From positions 1-64,000 of the IMG/VR virus record IMGVR_UViG_3300035193_000030: a stretch of DNA of 64,000 nt; one strand, 5' to 3'. Every line of letters begins with the position of its first letter. The stretch's first letter is position 1. Both the position numbers and the translations under genes were made by a program. Shown piece by piece: positions 18,386 through 28,973 of this stretch. The notes under the pieces are model-generated. The model ran no database searches. It was given only the letters and a program-made list of their open reading frames with translations, and was not told the DNA's origin. This stretch comes from a virus.

Positions 18386-18940
18386 ATGAAAAAACTAGAT
18401 TTCGAAACAGGTGACAGGTTTCTTATAAAAGGAAATGGATTCCTGGCCAAAGGCATACAAGTTTTTATGGAAAAATATTGTCGTGATAATGGTATTACAT
18501 GTGATTGGATTGGAAACCATGCCGGTAGTATAGTGGTTGAAGATGATCATATTTGGATTTATGAAGCTGTAGCTGAAGGATATGTAAGACATGATTTTTC
18601 GACAGAATATGCCCATAAAAAAGGGTGGATTACTATGCGTAAAAAAGGTGGAATGACTGACAAAGAGAAAAAAAGATATGCTAATAATGCCAGAAAATTG
18701 AAAGTTAAAGTTGTGAGTTACCAATTTTGGAATTTTCCACAGTGGATGGCTTATATTTTAAGTAGAGGAAAAATAGATTTGTTTGGGTTGGGTGATGATT
18801 CATTTGTATACTGTTTTGAGGGGGAAGAGAGAAATTGTAATGCTTCATTTCCCGGACATTTTCCATTGCCTGAAATGGCTACATGGCCTGATTTATATCT
18901 TGACCCGCTTTATGAAATAAATATTGATACTCGAAAATAA
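18386..18940 (+). CDS. Permuted papain-like (NlpC/P60, YiiX/YebB-type) enzyme
   Basis: GD..L, NHAG (His), YEA and downstream YCFE (Cys) in permuted order. Confidence 0.65.
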   Translation: MKKLDFETGDRFLIKGNGFLAKGIQVFMEKYCRDNGITCDWIGNHAGSIVVEDDHIWIYEAVAEGYVRHDFSTEYAHKKGWITMRKKGGMTDKEKKRYANNARKLKVKVVSYQFWNFPQWMAYILSRGKIDLFGLGDDSFVYCFEGEERNCNASFPGHFPLPEMATWPDLYLDPLYEINIDTRK

Positions 18941-18963
18941 ATTATTAATTAAATTTTATAAAT

Positions 18964-19164
18964 ATGAAAACATTAAAAGAGTTTTGGAAATTTTTAGATG
19001 GTAAAAAAGCCATTATAGGGCTTATTGGTACTAACATCTTACAGATGGATTTAGATATTTATAAAACAATGAATCACGATTTATATGTAATTTTATTGTG
19101 GTTATTTGGAGCATTAGCAGTTGGTGGTCTTGGCCATAAAGCAATTAAGGTAGTAAAAAAATAA
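18964..19164 (+). CDS. Putative holin
   Basis: 66 aa, two hydrophobic segments, LDGKK start, basic C-terminus. Confidence 0.55.
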   Translation: MKTLKEFWKFLDGKKAIIGLIGTNILQMDLDIYKTMNHDLYVILLWLFGALAVGGLGHKAIKVVKK

Positions 19165-19205
19165 AAAGGGTTATATTTTTCCAACTCTTACTATAAATTA
19201 CAGAT

Positions 19206-20612
19206 ATGGAAAAACAAGTAATTAGGGGAAGATCAGATACCCAAAAGAAAGATTCTCTAATCAAAGTATTTAATTCTTTGGTTACTAGAATGTCCCTAGC
19301 TGCTAGATTAGGGGCTCAGTATGGCACAAGTAGGGATTTATATGAAGCATTAGGTTACAAAACTGAATTGAAATATGAAGATTATGCAACGGTATATATT
19401 CGTCAAGATATTGCAAAAGCTGTAATTGATCGACCTGCTGATGTTACTTGGCAAGGAAAATTAGAATTACAAGAATCTACTAAGAAAGAAGATACAGAAT
19501 TTGAAAAAGCGTGGGCAATATTAGAGGAAACCTTGATGCTAAAAGATAAATTTTGTAGGGTGGATAAATTAGTAGGAATAGGGACATATGCTGTTATTTT
19601 ATTAGGGTTAGATGATGTGGCAAAGAGAGAGGATTTTATAAAACCTGTAAGTGGGGCGAAGAAAAAATTAAAGTATATAAAAGTGTATGGTGAAGGTAAC
19701 GCAGAAATAGAAAAAAGTGAAGATAAAACTAATTCTGAACGATATGGAGAGCCTTTACTGTATAAACTGAAAACGTATGATGTTAATTCAAAGACTACAA
19801 ATGATATATTAGTACATCATTCTAGGGTTGTTCATATTGTAGATGATATATTAGAATCAGATATTCAAGGATCTTCCAGATTAGAATCTATTTACAATAG
19901 ATTAATGGATTTGGAAAAGATTGTGGGAGGGGATGCTGAAATGTTTTGGAGAGGGGCAAGGCCAGGGTATGCTGGAGTGGCAGATAAAGAATTTACAATT
20001 TCAGATGAAGCAAAAGAAGATTTCATGGATCAGATAGATGAATATGAGCATAATTTGAGGAGAATATTAATTAGTGAAGGAATTGATCTAAAAACATTAA
20101 CACAACAAATTGCTGACCCGATGAACCATGTAGATATACAAATTCAAATGATTTCTGCGGTAACCGGGATCCCCAAAAGAATATTGATGGGTAGTGAGCG
20201 AGGGGAATTATCCTCCCAACAAGATTCTGGTGAATGGAAGACATTTGTAAAAGGGCGAAGGGAAAGGCATGCTGAAAAACATATAATTCGCCCATTTGTA
20301 AATAAATGTCTTCAATATGGCATTCTTCCAAAACCTAGTTCTGGGAGATATTCTGTGAATTGGGATGATTTATTTTCTATGAGTGAAAAAGAGAAAGCAG
20401 ATGTAGGAAGAACGAGGGCAACGGCTATTCGTGAATACACAGCGAACCCTAATGCAGAATATATCATTCCACCAGAAGCCTTTATGGAATTTTGTTTAGG
20501 ATTAAATACTGAACAAAGGCAGGTAATTGAAAATATGATAACAGAACCAATGCGAGAAGAACGGAGAAATTTAGAAGAACAAGAGGAAATTGAAGAAGGG
20601 GACAATGAATAG
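19206..20612 (+). CDS. Portal protein (DUF1073-type)
   Basis: YIRQDIAKAVIDRPA, VHHSRVVH, TGIPKRILMGSERGEL; position upstream of the head genes. Confidence 0.85.
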   Translation: MEKQVIRGRSDTQKKDSLIKVFNSLVTRMSLAARLGAQYGTSRDLYEALGYKTELKYEDYATVYIRQDIAKAVIDRPADVTWQGKLELQESTKKEDTEFEKAWAILEETLMLKDKFCRVDKLVGIGTYAVILLGLDDVAKREDFIKPVSGAKKKLKYIKVYGEGNAEIEKSEDKTNSERYGEPLLYKLKTYDVNSKTTNDILVHHSRVVHIVDDILESDIQGSSRLESIYNRLMDLEKIVGGDAEMFWRGARPGYAGVADKEFTISDEAKEDFMDQIDEYEHNLRRILISEGIDLKTLTQQIADPMNHVDIQIQMISAVTGIPKRILMGSERGELSSQQDSGEWKTFVKGRRERHAEKHIIRPFVNKCLQYGILPKPSSGRYSVNWDDLFSMSEKEKADVGRTRATAIREYTANPNAEYIIPPEAFMEFCLGLNTEQRQVIENMITEPMREERRNLEEQEEIEEGDNE

Positions 20613-21567
20613 AATTCAAACACATATTGAAAGAACGAAGCGGTATGATCCTACAAGAACAATTACATTGAGGAACATGTTTGCTAGAGATATGAAAAGA
20701 CGTTTCAATGAATTGATTGTAGGAATTAATAAAGCTATTGTTCAGCAAGATGTTTTTGGATTGGTTAATAAGATAAATATACAACAGGTTCAAATTCCGG
20801 GGCAGGGAGCTTTTGCATTTCCTAGAAATGATGCAAAATTAAGACAATTTATGAGATGGTTGCAAGAACAGGTGGATAAGGGGCTTTTGGAAATAATAGA
20901 ATTACAACAGGTAGGAACAGGAATTGCACCAGCTTGGACAAATAAATATGTATATGATTCATATAAGAGGGGGGTGATGCGTGCTCGGTATGAAATGAAG
21001 AAAATAGGAATGAATATACCGGGAATAGAAGAAACTGGGGGAATTATAATAGCCTTATCTAATCCATTCCATATTGATCGTTTAGGGGTATTATATACGA
21101 GAACTTTCATGGAATTAAAAGGTATTACAATACAAATGGATACACAGATAAGTAGAATATTAGCACAAGGATTAGCAGATGGAGATAATCCTAGATTATT
21201 AGCAAGAAAATTAATAGCAACTATTAATGGAAGTGGAATGGGTGATTTAGGAATAACAGATACATTGGGGAGGTTTATTCCTGCTGCCCGTAGGGCTGAA
21301 ATGTTAGCACGAACTGAAATAATAAGGGCTCATCATTTAGCTACTATTCAGGAATATAGAAATTGGGCAGTAGAAGGGGTTTTTGTGAAAGCAGAATGGG
21401 CGACAGCAGGTGATGAAAGAGTTTGTCCTAGATGTGCCCCTTTACAAGGAACTGTATGGACATTGGATCAAATAGAAAAAATGATTCCCTATCATCCTCA
21501 ATGTAGATGTATTGCTTTACCTTTTATGCAATCATTAGTAACTAGAAAAGGAATATTAAACGAATAA
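20590..21567 (+). CDS. Head morphogenesis protein (Mu gpF / SPP1 gp7-like)
   Basis: ARTEIIRAH, W.TAGDERVCPRC, PYHPQCRC. Confidence 0.9.
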   Translation: MKKGTMNRIQTHIERTKRYDPTRTITLRNMFARDMKRRFNELIVGINKAIVQQDVFGLVNKINIQQVQIPGQGAFAFPRNDAKLRQFMRWLQEQVDKGLLEIIELQQVGTGIAPAWTNKYVYDSYKRGVMRARYEMKKIGMNIPGIEETGGIIIALSNPFHIDRLGVLYTRTFMELKGITIQMDTQISRILAQGLADGDNPRLLARKLIATINGSGMGDLGITDTLGRFIPAARRAEMLARTEIIRAHHLATIQEYRNWAVEGVFVKAEWATAGDERVCPRCAPLQGTVWTLDQIEKMIPYHPQCRCIALPFMQSLVTRKGILNE

Positions 21568-21579
21568 ATATAAAAAGAT

Positions 21580-23193
21580 ATGCCTTGGAGTGTAAGAGAT
21601 GTAGATAGGTTCAAGAAAGGGCTTACTGCAAAACAAAAAAGACAATGGGTAGCTATTGCAAATACAACCCTTGCAAAATGTAAACAAAAAGGAGGAACGG
21701 AGGAATCTTGCGCTGCTTCTGCGATAAGACAAGCTAATGGGATTACGGGAAATATGGCAATGGATGTTCATACTGTAAGTAATGAAGGATATACAATAAG
21801 AGAGGAAAGACATCAGGGAAGAACTTTTATAGTTGTCCCAGTTGTTATGATGGTAGAAGGAGTACATAATGGAAGTGCAGGCCCTATTTTCCATTCAATT
21901 GAAGAATTAGGAAAAATACCGGGTTCGTGGAATGGGATTCCCATTACAATAGATCACCCACAAATAGAAGATACATATGTGTCTGCCAATATACCTATAT
22001 TAATAGATACAAGAACAGTAGGAAGGGTATACAATACATATGTTGAAGATGATAAATTAAAAGCGGAGGCTTGGATCGATGTTGAACAGATAACACAAAT
22101 ATCCCCTGAGACTTTAGTGCAGATAAGAGAAGGTCAGATATTAGAAGTTAGTGTTGGTGTTTTTACAGATGATGAAGAAGTAGAAAATGAAAATTGGAAT
22201 GGGGAATCATATAATGCTATTGCCAGAAATCATAGACCTGATCATCTTGCTCTTCTGCCCGGCGGAGTAGGGGCATGTTCTGTGGATGATGGATGTGGCA
22301 TTCGTAATAACAATAAAAGGAAAGGAGGTAGTAAAGTGGAAAATAATTCCATTGAGTTGATTAAAAATTTGAAGAAAGATGATTCTTGGTATTTAGAAAA
22401 TATCATTAGTAATCTTTCTCAAGGGTTGGTGGGGAGGCTTGATAATTTACGCAGAAAAATAGATAGTCTTGATACGACGGATGTTGTCCATTATTTGCGA
22501 GAAGCTTTTGATGATTATATAATCTATGAAACAAGCATGAGAGTAGGGGGGAGTAAATTGTATAGACAAGCCTATACGATTGAAGATAATGGAAATGTTG
22601 TGTTTGTAGGTGAATCTGAGGAAGTATACAAGAAAGTGGAATATCTAAAAGTACAAAACAATGTGATTAGATTTAATACTAATAAAAAGGAGGTTAAACG
22701 TATGAGTGAAAAACCAAAATGTCCTTCTTGTAAAGAGAAAATAGATAAATTAGTTGCAAATAATAGCAGCAAGTTTATTGAAGAGGACAGGGAATGGCTT
22801 GAGACTTTGGAGGAAGCTAATTTGGACAAGATAATAGAAGCTTCCAAAGTTGAGAAAAAAGAAGAAAAACCTGTAAAAACTAATTCAGAAAAAATTAACG
22901 TTCTTTCTGATGAAGACAAGGCTGCTTTGGAGTATGGGAAACGTCAATTAAAAGAACGTAGAGAAAAATATGTAAAAGGCATCCAAGATAATGCAGGAAA
23001 AGAACTCTGGCCAGATGATCAATTGGCTACTATGTCGGATAATATGCTGGAAAGACTTTACAATTCAGTAGTGAAGGAGGAACAAGAAATTGAACAGGTA
23101 GACTATTCATTGAATAGTGTAGGCATTTCCAGGATACAATCTAATGAATTTGAACCATTGTACCCAACTGGGGTAGAAGTTGAAACAAAATAA
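21580..23193 (+). CDS. Prohead protease/scaffold (DUF2213-like) with ChaB-like N-terminus
   Basis: WNGIPITIDHP, EVSVG, PDHLALLP..GACS; N-terminal MPW...WVAIAN. Confidence 0.8.
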   Translation: MPWSVRDVDRFKKGLTAKQKRQWVAIANTTLAKCKQKGGTEESCAASAIRQANGITGNMAMDVHTVSNEGYTIREERHQGRTFIVVPVVMMVEGVHNGSAGPIFHSIEELGKIPGSWNGIPITIDHPQIEDTYVSANIPILIDTRTVGRVYNTYVEDDKLKAEAWIDVEQITQISPETLVQIREGQILEVSVGVFTDDEEVENENWNGESYNAIARNHRPDHLALLPGGVGACSVDDGCGIRNNNKRKGGSKVENNSIELIKNLKKDDSWYLENIISNLSQGLVGRLDNLRRKIDSLDTTDVVHYLREAFDDYIIYETSMRVGGSKLYRQAYTIEDNGNVVFVGESEEVYKKVEYLKVQNNVIRFNTNKKEVKRMSEKPKCPSCKEKIDKLVANNSSKFIEEDREWLETLEEANLDKIIEASKVEKKEEKPVKTNSEKINVLSDEDKAALEYGKRQLKERREKYVKGIQDNAGKELWPDDQLATMSDNMLERLYNSVVKEEQEIEQVDYSLNSVGISRIQSNEFEPLYPTGVEVETK

Positions 23194-23208
23194 AAGGAAG
23201 GAGAAATA

Positions 23209-23709
23209 ATGTCGTACAATACAGTAAAATTAAAAAAGTATTCTAATGTAATTGAGGAATACGCAGCGGCAGCATCAATTACTCCAGGTATGTTACTTGA
23301 ACTCACAAGTTCTGATACGGTGCAAGCACATTCTGCTCAGGGAAGAAATATATTACCTATGTTTGCACTAGAAGATGAATTACAAGGTAATGGACTTGAG
23401 GATAATTATGTTGCAGGGGATAAAGTGCAGGTATGGATCCCTAATAGAGGGGATCAGGTTTATGCTGTTCTTGTTGATGGGGAAAATATTGCTATAGGTG
23501 ATTTTCTTGAATCTAATGGGGATGGCGCTCTTAGAAAACACGTTCCTGATAGTTGGGAATCGGCAGAGGATCAAGTAGCAAATACAATCTACCAAAATGC
23601 CATTGTTGGAGTAGCGGTGGAAGCTAAAGATTTATCTGATTCTAGTGGGGTAGATTCTAGTGTAGGTGTATTAGGGTATAATAAACGAATAGCTGTAAGA
23701 ATTTATTAA
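23209..23709 (+). CDS. Capsid decoration/cement protein
   Basis: ITPGMLLE...GENIAIGDFLESNGDG; lies between the protease and the MCP. Confidence 0.7.
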   Translation: MSYNTVKLKKYSNVIEEYAAAASITPGMLLELTSSDTVQAHSAQGRNILPMFALEDELQGNGLEDNYVAGDKVQVWIPNRGDQVYAVLVDGENIAIGDFLESNGDGALRKHVPDSWESAEDQVANTIYQNAIVGVAVEAKDLSDSSGVDSSVGVLGYNKRIAVRIY

Positions 23710-23729
23710 AATAAGAAAGGAGAAAAATT

Positions 23730-24869
23730 ATGCCAGATGCAATTGTTGATCTGATTTCCTCAAGTGGGAAAGAAGCAAGAGGAGAAATCGCTAATGGAAT
23801 TGTTATGAGTGGGAGGTTAAATGCAGGAATGATGCGTCCATATTTAGCGGTTAACTCCAGGGGATTAATTGTTCCATGTGTGACTGTTTTTAAAGGAGGG
23901 GATCCTAAGAACCCCAAAAATTATGTCACAAAACAAATACAAGCTAATGCCACTCTTCGTAGAGATGAGTGGAAACAGTTAGATGATGCCATAATGGAAG
24001 TATCTCGTCAGCGTTTAGGAGGGATTGATGATTTAATTAGTAAAGGATTAACGTATAATCTCGGAAATGCGATGGGGACTACTGTGCTTGAATGGCATGA
24101 CGTAGATGATCCTGGTGAGGCTGTACTTACAATGGATGGTGTTACTAGAGGGAAAAATGACAGGCCTAATTTCCAACATAATTATTTACCAATTCCTATA
24201 ATCCATTCTGATTATGAAATTAATGCAAGGGTTTTAGCTGCTTCACGGAATATGGGGAATCCATTGGATACTACATTGGCTGAAAGAGCAGCAAGAAGGG
24301 TAAATGAAAAGTTGGAAGATATGTTATTTACAAATACTTCTTACAGTTTTGGTGAGAAAGATTCTCGTGAAGTAAATACAATCTATAGTTATATTAATTT
24401 CCCAGATCGTAATACTGTTACATTAAGTACAAATTGGGATGATCTTGATTTTGATTCATCTACAGCCAATGGAGGAGGAACAATAGTAGAAAATGTAATG
24501 GATATGAAACAAGCGTCTATAGATGATTACCATTATGGACCTTGGATGTTATACATTCCTACAAATTATGAAACAACATTGGATAAAGACTATGATCGAA
24601 CTACTCCAGGTACGACAATTCGTGAAAGGATTATGAAAATTGATGGTATTACTGGAATTAAGGTGATAGATCGTTTACCTGCTGATAATGTATTATTAGT
24701 ACAGATGACTAGCGATGTTGTTCGTTTAGTTCGTGGAATGGGCTTAACAAATATTGAATGGCAAGAAGAAGGAAGATTTGTTAGTAAATATAAAGTTCTT
24801 ACTATACAAGTCCCACAGATTCGTTCTGATCAGAATAAAAGATGTGGTATTGTTCATCTTGCAGCTTAA
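23730..24869 (+). CDS. Major capsid protein (HK97 fold, Linocin-M18/encapsulin-related)
   Basis: TLRRDEWKQLDD, PIPIIHSDY, YGPWMLY, GIVH; AAGGAG SD; position. Confidence 0.85.
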   Translation: MPDAIVDLISSSGKEARGEIANGIVMSGRLNAGMMRPYLAVNSRGLIVPCVTVFKGGDPKNPKNYVTKQIQANATLRRDEWKQLDDAIMEVSRQRLGGIDDLISKGLTYNLGNAMGTTVLEWHDVDDPGEAVLTMDGVTRGKNDRPNFQHNYLPIPIIHSDYEINARVLAASRNMGNPLDTTLAERAARRVNEKLEDMLFTNTSYSFGEKDSREVNTIYSYINFPDRNTVTLSTNWDDLDFDSSTANGGGTIVENVMDMKQASIDDYHYGPWMLYIPTNYETTLDKDYDRTTPGTTIRERIMKIDGITGIKVIDRLPADNVLLVQMTSDVVRLVRGMGLTNIEWQEEGRFVSKYKVLTIQVPQIRSDQNKRCGIVHLAA

Positions 24870-24924
24870 TATAAAAACACTAATCATGTGTTTTATTTTT
24901 TATATAATTTAAAAAAGAATAATC

Positions 24925-25248
24925 ATGGAAGATCAAAAAAGACTTTGGAAAAAAGTAGGAGGGGGTTCATTTCGTTTAGGAAAGCGAATTATCAAACCTA
25001 ATGAAAAATTTTATGCTGAGGAACATGAAATTCCAAAAGCATTTCGTGATGTTATTATTCCATTAGATGGTGAACCAACTCCAAAAATTGACATTAAAAA
25101 AGTTAAGGAACAGAAGCATAAATATAAAATGGAGGAAACAAATAGAAAAGGGTATGTTCACATTGTAGATAATAATGGAAAACAAATAAGTGAAAAACCT
25201 ATTAAAGAAGAGGAAGCAGAAAAATTAATTACAGATTTGGAGGAATAA
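24925..25248 (+). CDS. hypothetical head-associated protein
   Basis: Follows the MCP. Confidence 0.6.
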   Translation: MEDQKRLWKKVGGGSFRLGKRIIKPNEKFYAEEHEIPKAFRDVIIPLDGEPTPKIDIKKVKEQKHKYKMEETNRKGYVHIVDNNGKQISEKPIKEEEAEKLITDLEE

Positions 25249-25253
25249 AAAAA

Positions 25254-25946
25254 ATGCTTTGGCAAGTTCCTAAAATATGGCAGGATGGGGAAGTATGGAT
25301 TATTGGGGGAGGCCCAAGTATTTTTAAACAATTTGAAATACCGGAAGAGGTAGTTCAGAAGGTTATAAATAAGGAAGCTTCTCCTGAAATATACTCCCCG
25401 TACATGTCATCAATTCACAATAAGCATGTAATTGGTGTAAATGTTGCTTTTAAGATTGGACAATGGATTGATATGGTTTTTTTCGGTGATAGTAGTTTTT
25501 TATTAAGATACGAAAAAGGGTTGGCAGAATTTCCTGGTTTGGTAATTAGTTGCCATCCAAGAGTTGACAGGTATGGATGGATAAAACATACAGCAAGGGA
25601 TAATAATAAAAGGTATGGATTGACAAATAATCCTAAAAAAGTTTGTTGGAATGGGAATAGTGGAGGGGCCGCAATTAATTTAGCTGTTCATACAGGTGTT
25701 AAGAGAATTGTCTTACTTGGATTTGATATGGTATTGGACGAAACTAAGAAACAACATTGGCATTCTGAATACCCACAGAGAGTAGGAAAAAAAAACAGAC
25801 CTGTCCCATTGCCATTTAATAGGCACCTGAAAGGTTTCCCTCAGATTGCAAAGGACGCAAGAATGATGGGAATTGAAATATTAAATTGTTCTGGAATTAG
25901 TGCTATAAAAGATTTTAAACGAGTTAATTTAAAAGATTTGGTATGA
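25254..25946 (+). CDS. MAF/DUF115-like (GT29/42-related fold) transferase
   Basis: IIGGGPS, IGVN, GNSGGAAINLA, IVLLGFDM. Confidence 0.7.
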   Translation: MLWQVPKIWQDGEVWIIGGGPSIFKQFEIPEEVVQKVINKEASPEIYSPYMSSIHNKHVIGVNVAFKIGQWIDMVFFGDSSFLLRYEKGLAEFPGLVISCHPRVDRYGWIKHTARDNNKRYGLTNNPKKVCWNGNSGGAAINLAVHTGVKRIVLLGFDMVLDETKKQHWHSEYPQRVGKKNRPVPLPFNRHLKGFPQIAKDARMMGIEILNCSGISAIKDFKRVNLKDLV

Positions 25947-26713
25947 ATGTCGTAAAGTTAATGGGAGGAATGGGGAACCAATTATTTCAATATGCCTTTG
26001 CGGAAAGACAACGTAGAAATGGTTTAACTGTATGTTTTGATGATTCTTGGTATTATTTGAAGAAAGCACCGTTAGATCGCCCGTATGTTTTGGATAAATT
26101 TAATTTGGATGTTGATATTATCGGATTTGATGAAGCATTAAATACGATAATAGAGCAAGGACTTAATTTTGAATATCTTACAGCACAAGGGTATAATTTT
26201 AGAGGGTATTGGCAGTATCTCCCTTATTACAAAGATATGATTCCGGAATTACAAGAAATGTTTACGGTCAAAGAAGAATTTCTAACTAAAGATTATTATG
26301 AAAAGTTAAAATTATTTGATAAGAAGATAATAGGGATGCACGTTAGAAGAGGGGATTATACATCTAAAAAACTGACTTTGAGTATTTTTTACTATAAACA
26401 GGCTTTAGAAATTTTGAAAGCATTAGTACATTATGATGATATAATTATTTTTAGTGATGATTACGATTTCTGCAAAAGGAATTTTCCTGATTATATCTGT
26501 CTTAGTGGGAAGAAAGATTATCTTGATTTTGAGTTGATGAAACATTGTACACATAACATAATATCAAATAGTACGTTCAGTTGGTGGGGTGCTATTTTAA
26601 ATAAAAATAAAGGGAAAAAGGTTATTGCTCCAAAAGTTTGGGTCGTTCCAAAAGGACAAGAAAAATTATATAACCCCAATAATCATTATCCAGAAGATTG
26701 GATTTTAATATAA
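25943..26713 (+). CDS. GT11 alpha-1,2-fucosyltransferase-like
   Basis: GGMGNQLFQYA, GYWQ, HVRRGDY, FSDD, NSTFSWW. Confidence 0.92.
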   Translation: MNVVKLMGGMGNQLFQYAFAERQRRNGLTVCFDDSWYYLKKAPLDRPYVLDKFNLDVDIIGFDEALNTIIEQGLNFEYLTAQGYNFRGYWQYLPYYKDMIPELQEMFTVKEEFLTKDYYEKLKLFDKKIIGMHVRRGDYTSKKLTLSIFYYKQALEILKALVHYDDIIIFSDDYDFCKRNFPDYICLSGKKDYLDFELMKHCTHNIISNSTFSWWGAILNKNKGKKVIAPKVWVVPKGQEKLYNPNNHYPEDWILI

Positions 26714-26719
26714 TTTAAT

Positions 26720-27469
26720 ATGAGAGAATTTGATATTTTAATAACAACAGCACCGAAGGATTATAATAAATTACCGTTTGTTATAGATTCTGTACGTAAA
26801 AATATATGTGGGTTTGATACGATATATTGTGTATCCCCTACTGAGATAAAAAGGGAAAATAAGTTGGAAGGAGTAGTGTATGTGCTTGATTCTGATTTTG
26901 TATCTTTTGATTATTCAAAATTAATAAATAAGAAAAGAAAAGGATGGTACACACAGCAATTTATAAAATTATTCCAATGGATTACAAATGATAATTATCT
27001 TGTAATTGATTCAGATGCAATTATTTTGAAACCTTTATCAATTTTTAACAGACAAGGGATGCCCTACTTCTTTTTAGGGGAAGATCAAAAACATCTGCCT
27101 TATTTTGACTTTATGAGGCAAATGTTTGGTTTTGGGAGAACGTTTGATCATTCATTTATTAATGAGATAATGTTTTTTAAAAGAGAATATATTATAGATA
27201 TGGTCAATTCTATAGGAATGGGGGTAATTGATTTTATGGATAAATCAATTGATCTGATTAATAAAATAAATCACAAGACATCTAGTTTTTCTGAGTATGA
27301 AACTTATGGAAATTGGATTGTTGAGAATAAACCTGAATCTTATGATTTTAAAGTCCTTAAATGCAAGACGATGGGAAAATCAAGTCAGTATTCAATTACT
27401 GATATAGAACGACTTATTAAACAGTATAAAAAGGATTATGATAAATTAAGTTTACATACATGGCTATAA
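26720..27469 (+). CDS. GT-A fold glycosyltransferase-like (DUF6492-type)
   Basis: GWYTQQFIKL, YLVIDSD (DxD), FSEYETYG. Confidence 0.75.
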   Translation: MREFDILITTAPKDYNKLPFVIDSVRKNICGFDTIYCVSPTEIKRENKLEGVVYVLDSDFVSFDYSKLINKKRKGWYTQQFIKLFQWITNDNYLVIDSDAIILKPLSIFNRQGMPYFFLGEDQKHLPYFDFMRQMFGFGRTFDHSFINEIMFFKREYIIDMVNSIGMGVIDFMDKSIDLINKINHKTSSFSEYETYGNWIVENKPESYDFKVLKCKTMGKSSQYSITDIERLIKQYKKDYDKLSLHTWL

Positions 27470-28344
27470 ATATTGTTTTATTTCATTTAGGAAAGAAATT
27501 ACCTGAATACTTAGAGTGTACTTTTAAGCAATTGCGATTATTCAATACAAATGCAATCGTATGGTTTCTTACAGATGAGAAGCATATGTCTTGTTCATTA
27601 TTTGAAAAGTATAATATAAATGTTGAAAATGCAGAAGATTATTATACTGATTATATTCCGTTGTTTGAAAAATTGTACAAAAGAAAACATAATGATTTTT
27701 GGAATATAACGGCTGTTAGATTTTTCTATATACAGAAGTTTTTAGAAGTGAAAGGTATTAGAAATGTATATCATTTTGAGAATGATGTATTGATTTACTA
27801 TTCTTTTGATGAACACCATGAAAAGTTTATGAATCTATATGATACTTTGGCTATTACTGTGGGAGGTGAAGATAAGGCAATGACTGGATTAATGTACATA
27901 GATGGGTGGGCTTCGTTATTCTGGTTAACTCATTTTTTTATACGTTCATTGAAATTATACGGGAAGGAAGGAATAAAAAACGTATTTGATTTAGATATGG
28001 TAAATGAAATGACATTGATACGAGCTTTTATGAAAGTTTCCCCCGAACAAATAAAGTCTATCCCAACAAATCCAGTAGGAAATAATCCTACAATATTCAA
28101 TTCAGTATTTGACCCCGCTAGTTGGGGTCAATTTGTAGGAGGAACAACAGATAAATTGCCTGGGGCTAAACCAGAAGATCATTATATTGGTCAAATGCTT
28201 AGAAAATGTCCTGAATATACAGTGATTTGGAAAAAAGATGAAGAAAATAGAAAAGTTCCATATTTTAAATGGGATGACCAAGAAATAAAAATTAACAATT
28301 TACATATTCATTCAAAGGAATTACATAAATATATGAGTGTATGA
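27460..28344 (+). CDS. Putative glycosyltransferase
   Basis: RFFYI, HFENDVLIY, NEMT, FDPASWGQ, NLHIHSK motifs in a glycan cluster. Confidence 0.6.
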   Translation: MAINIVLFHLGKKLPEYLECTFKQLRLFNTNAIVWFLTDEKHMSCSLFEKYNINVENAEDYYTDYIPLFEKLYKRKHNDFWNITAVRFFYIQKFLEVKGIRNVYHFENDVLIYYSFDEHHEKFMNLYDTLAITVGGEDKAMTGLMYIDGWASLFWLTHFFIRSLKLYGKEGIKNVFDLDMVNEMTLIRAFMKVSPEQIKSIPTNPVGNNPTIFNSVFDPASWGQFVGGTTDKLPGAKPEDHYIGQMLRKCPEYTVIWKKDEENRKVPYFKWDDQEIKINNLHIHSKELHKYMSV

Positions 28345-28973
28345 GTTCAACATATTTACATAAACGATTTATGGATAGAATAGATAAGGATTCTATAAAA
28401 GTAATTGTAGAATGTGGAAGTAGAGATTGCTTGGATGCTATTGCACTGCATGATTATTACAATCCAAGAATAGTATATTCTTTTGAGTGTAATCCTGAAT
28501 GTATCGTATTGTGTGGGGAGAATTTGCAAAAAAATGAAAGAAAAAATATTAAATTAATTACGAAAGCTATTTATGATAAAGATGCTAAAGATGTAAATTT
28601 CTATGCAACTGATATGATTAACTCAGAGGATAAAAATATAGGGGGTTCTTCTTTACTTTTTCATAGGGATCAAAAGAAATATATTCAGAAAAAGATACTG
28701 GTTAATTGTATGCGATTGGATACTTTTATGACAATAGAGAAGATAAATAAGATTGATTTATTGTGTATGGATTTGCAAGGGGCTGAATATCTTGCTATAC
28801 GAGGATTTGGTGATAGAAGTAAAGATATTAAATATATAATTACAGAAATTTCATATCATAGTTACTATCATGGGGATAGAAGTTTTTGGCATATGAAATC
28901 TTTATTAGAAATTATTGGATTTGTTTTCTTAGTGAGAATTGGAAATAATGCTTTGTTTAAAAATAAGAGGTAA
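28341..28973 (+). CDS. FkbM-family methyltransferase
   Basis: VECGS, SFECNP, RLDTF, IDLLCMDLQGAE. Confidence 0.85.
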   Translation: MSSTYLHKRFMDRIDKDSIKVIVECGSRDCLDAIALHDYYNPRIVYSFECNPECIVLCGENLQKNERKNIKLITKAIYDKDAKDVNFYATDMINSEDKNIGGSSLLFHRDQKKYIQKKILVNCMRLDTFMTIEKINKIDLLCMDLQGAEYLAIRGFGDRSKDIKYIITEISYHSYYHGDRSFWHMKSLLEIIGFVFLVRIGNNALFKNKR

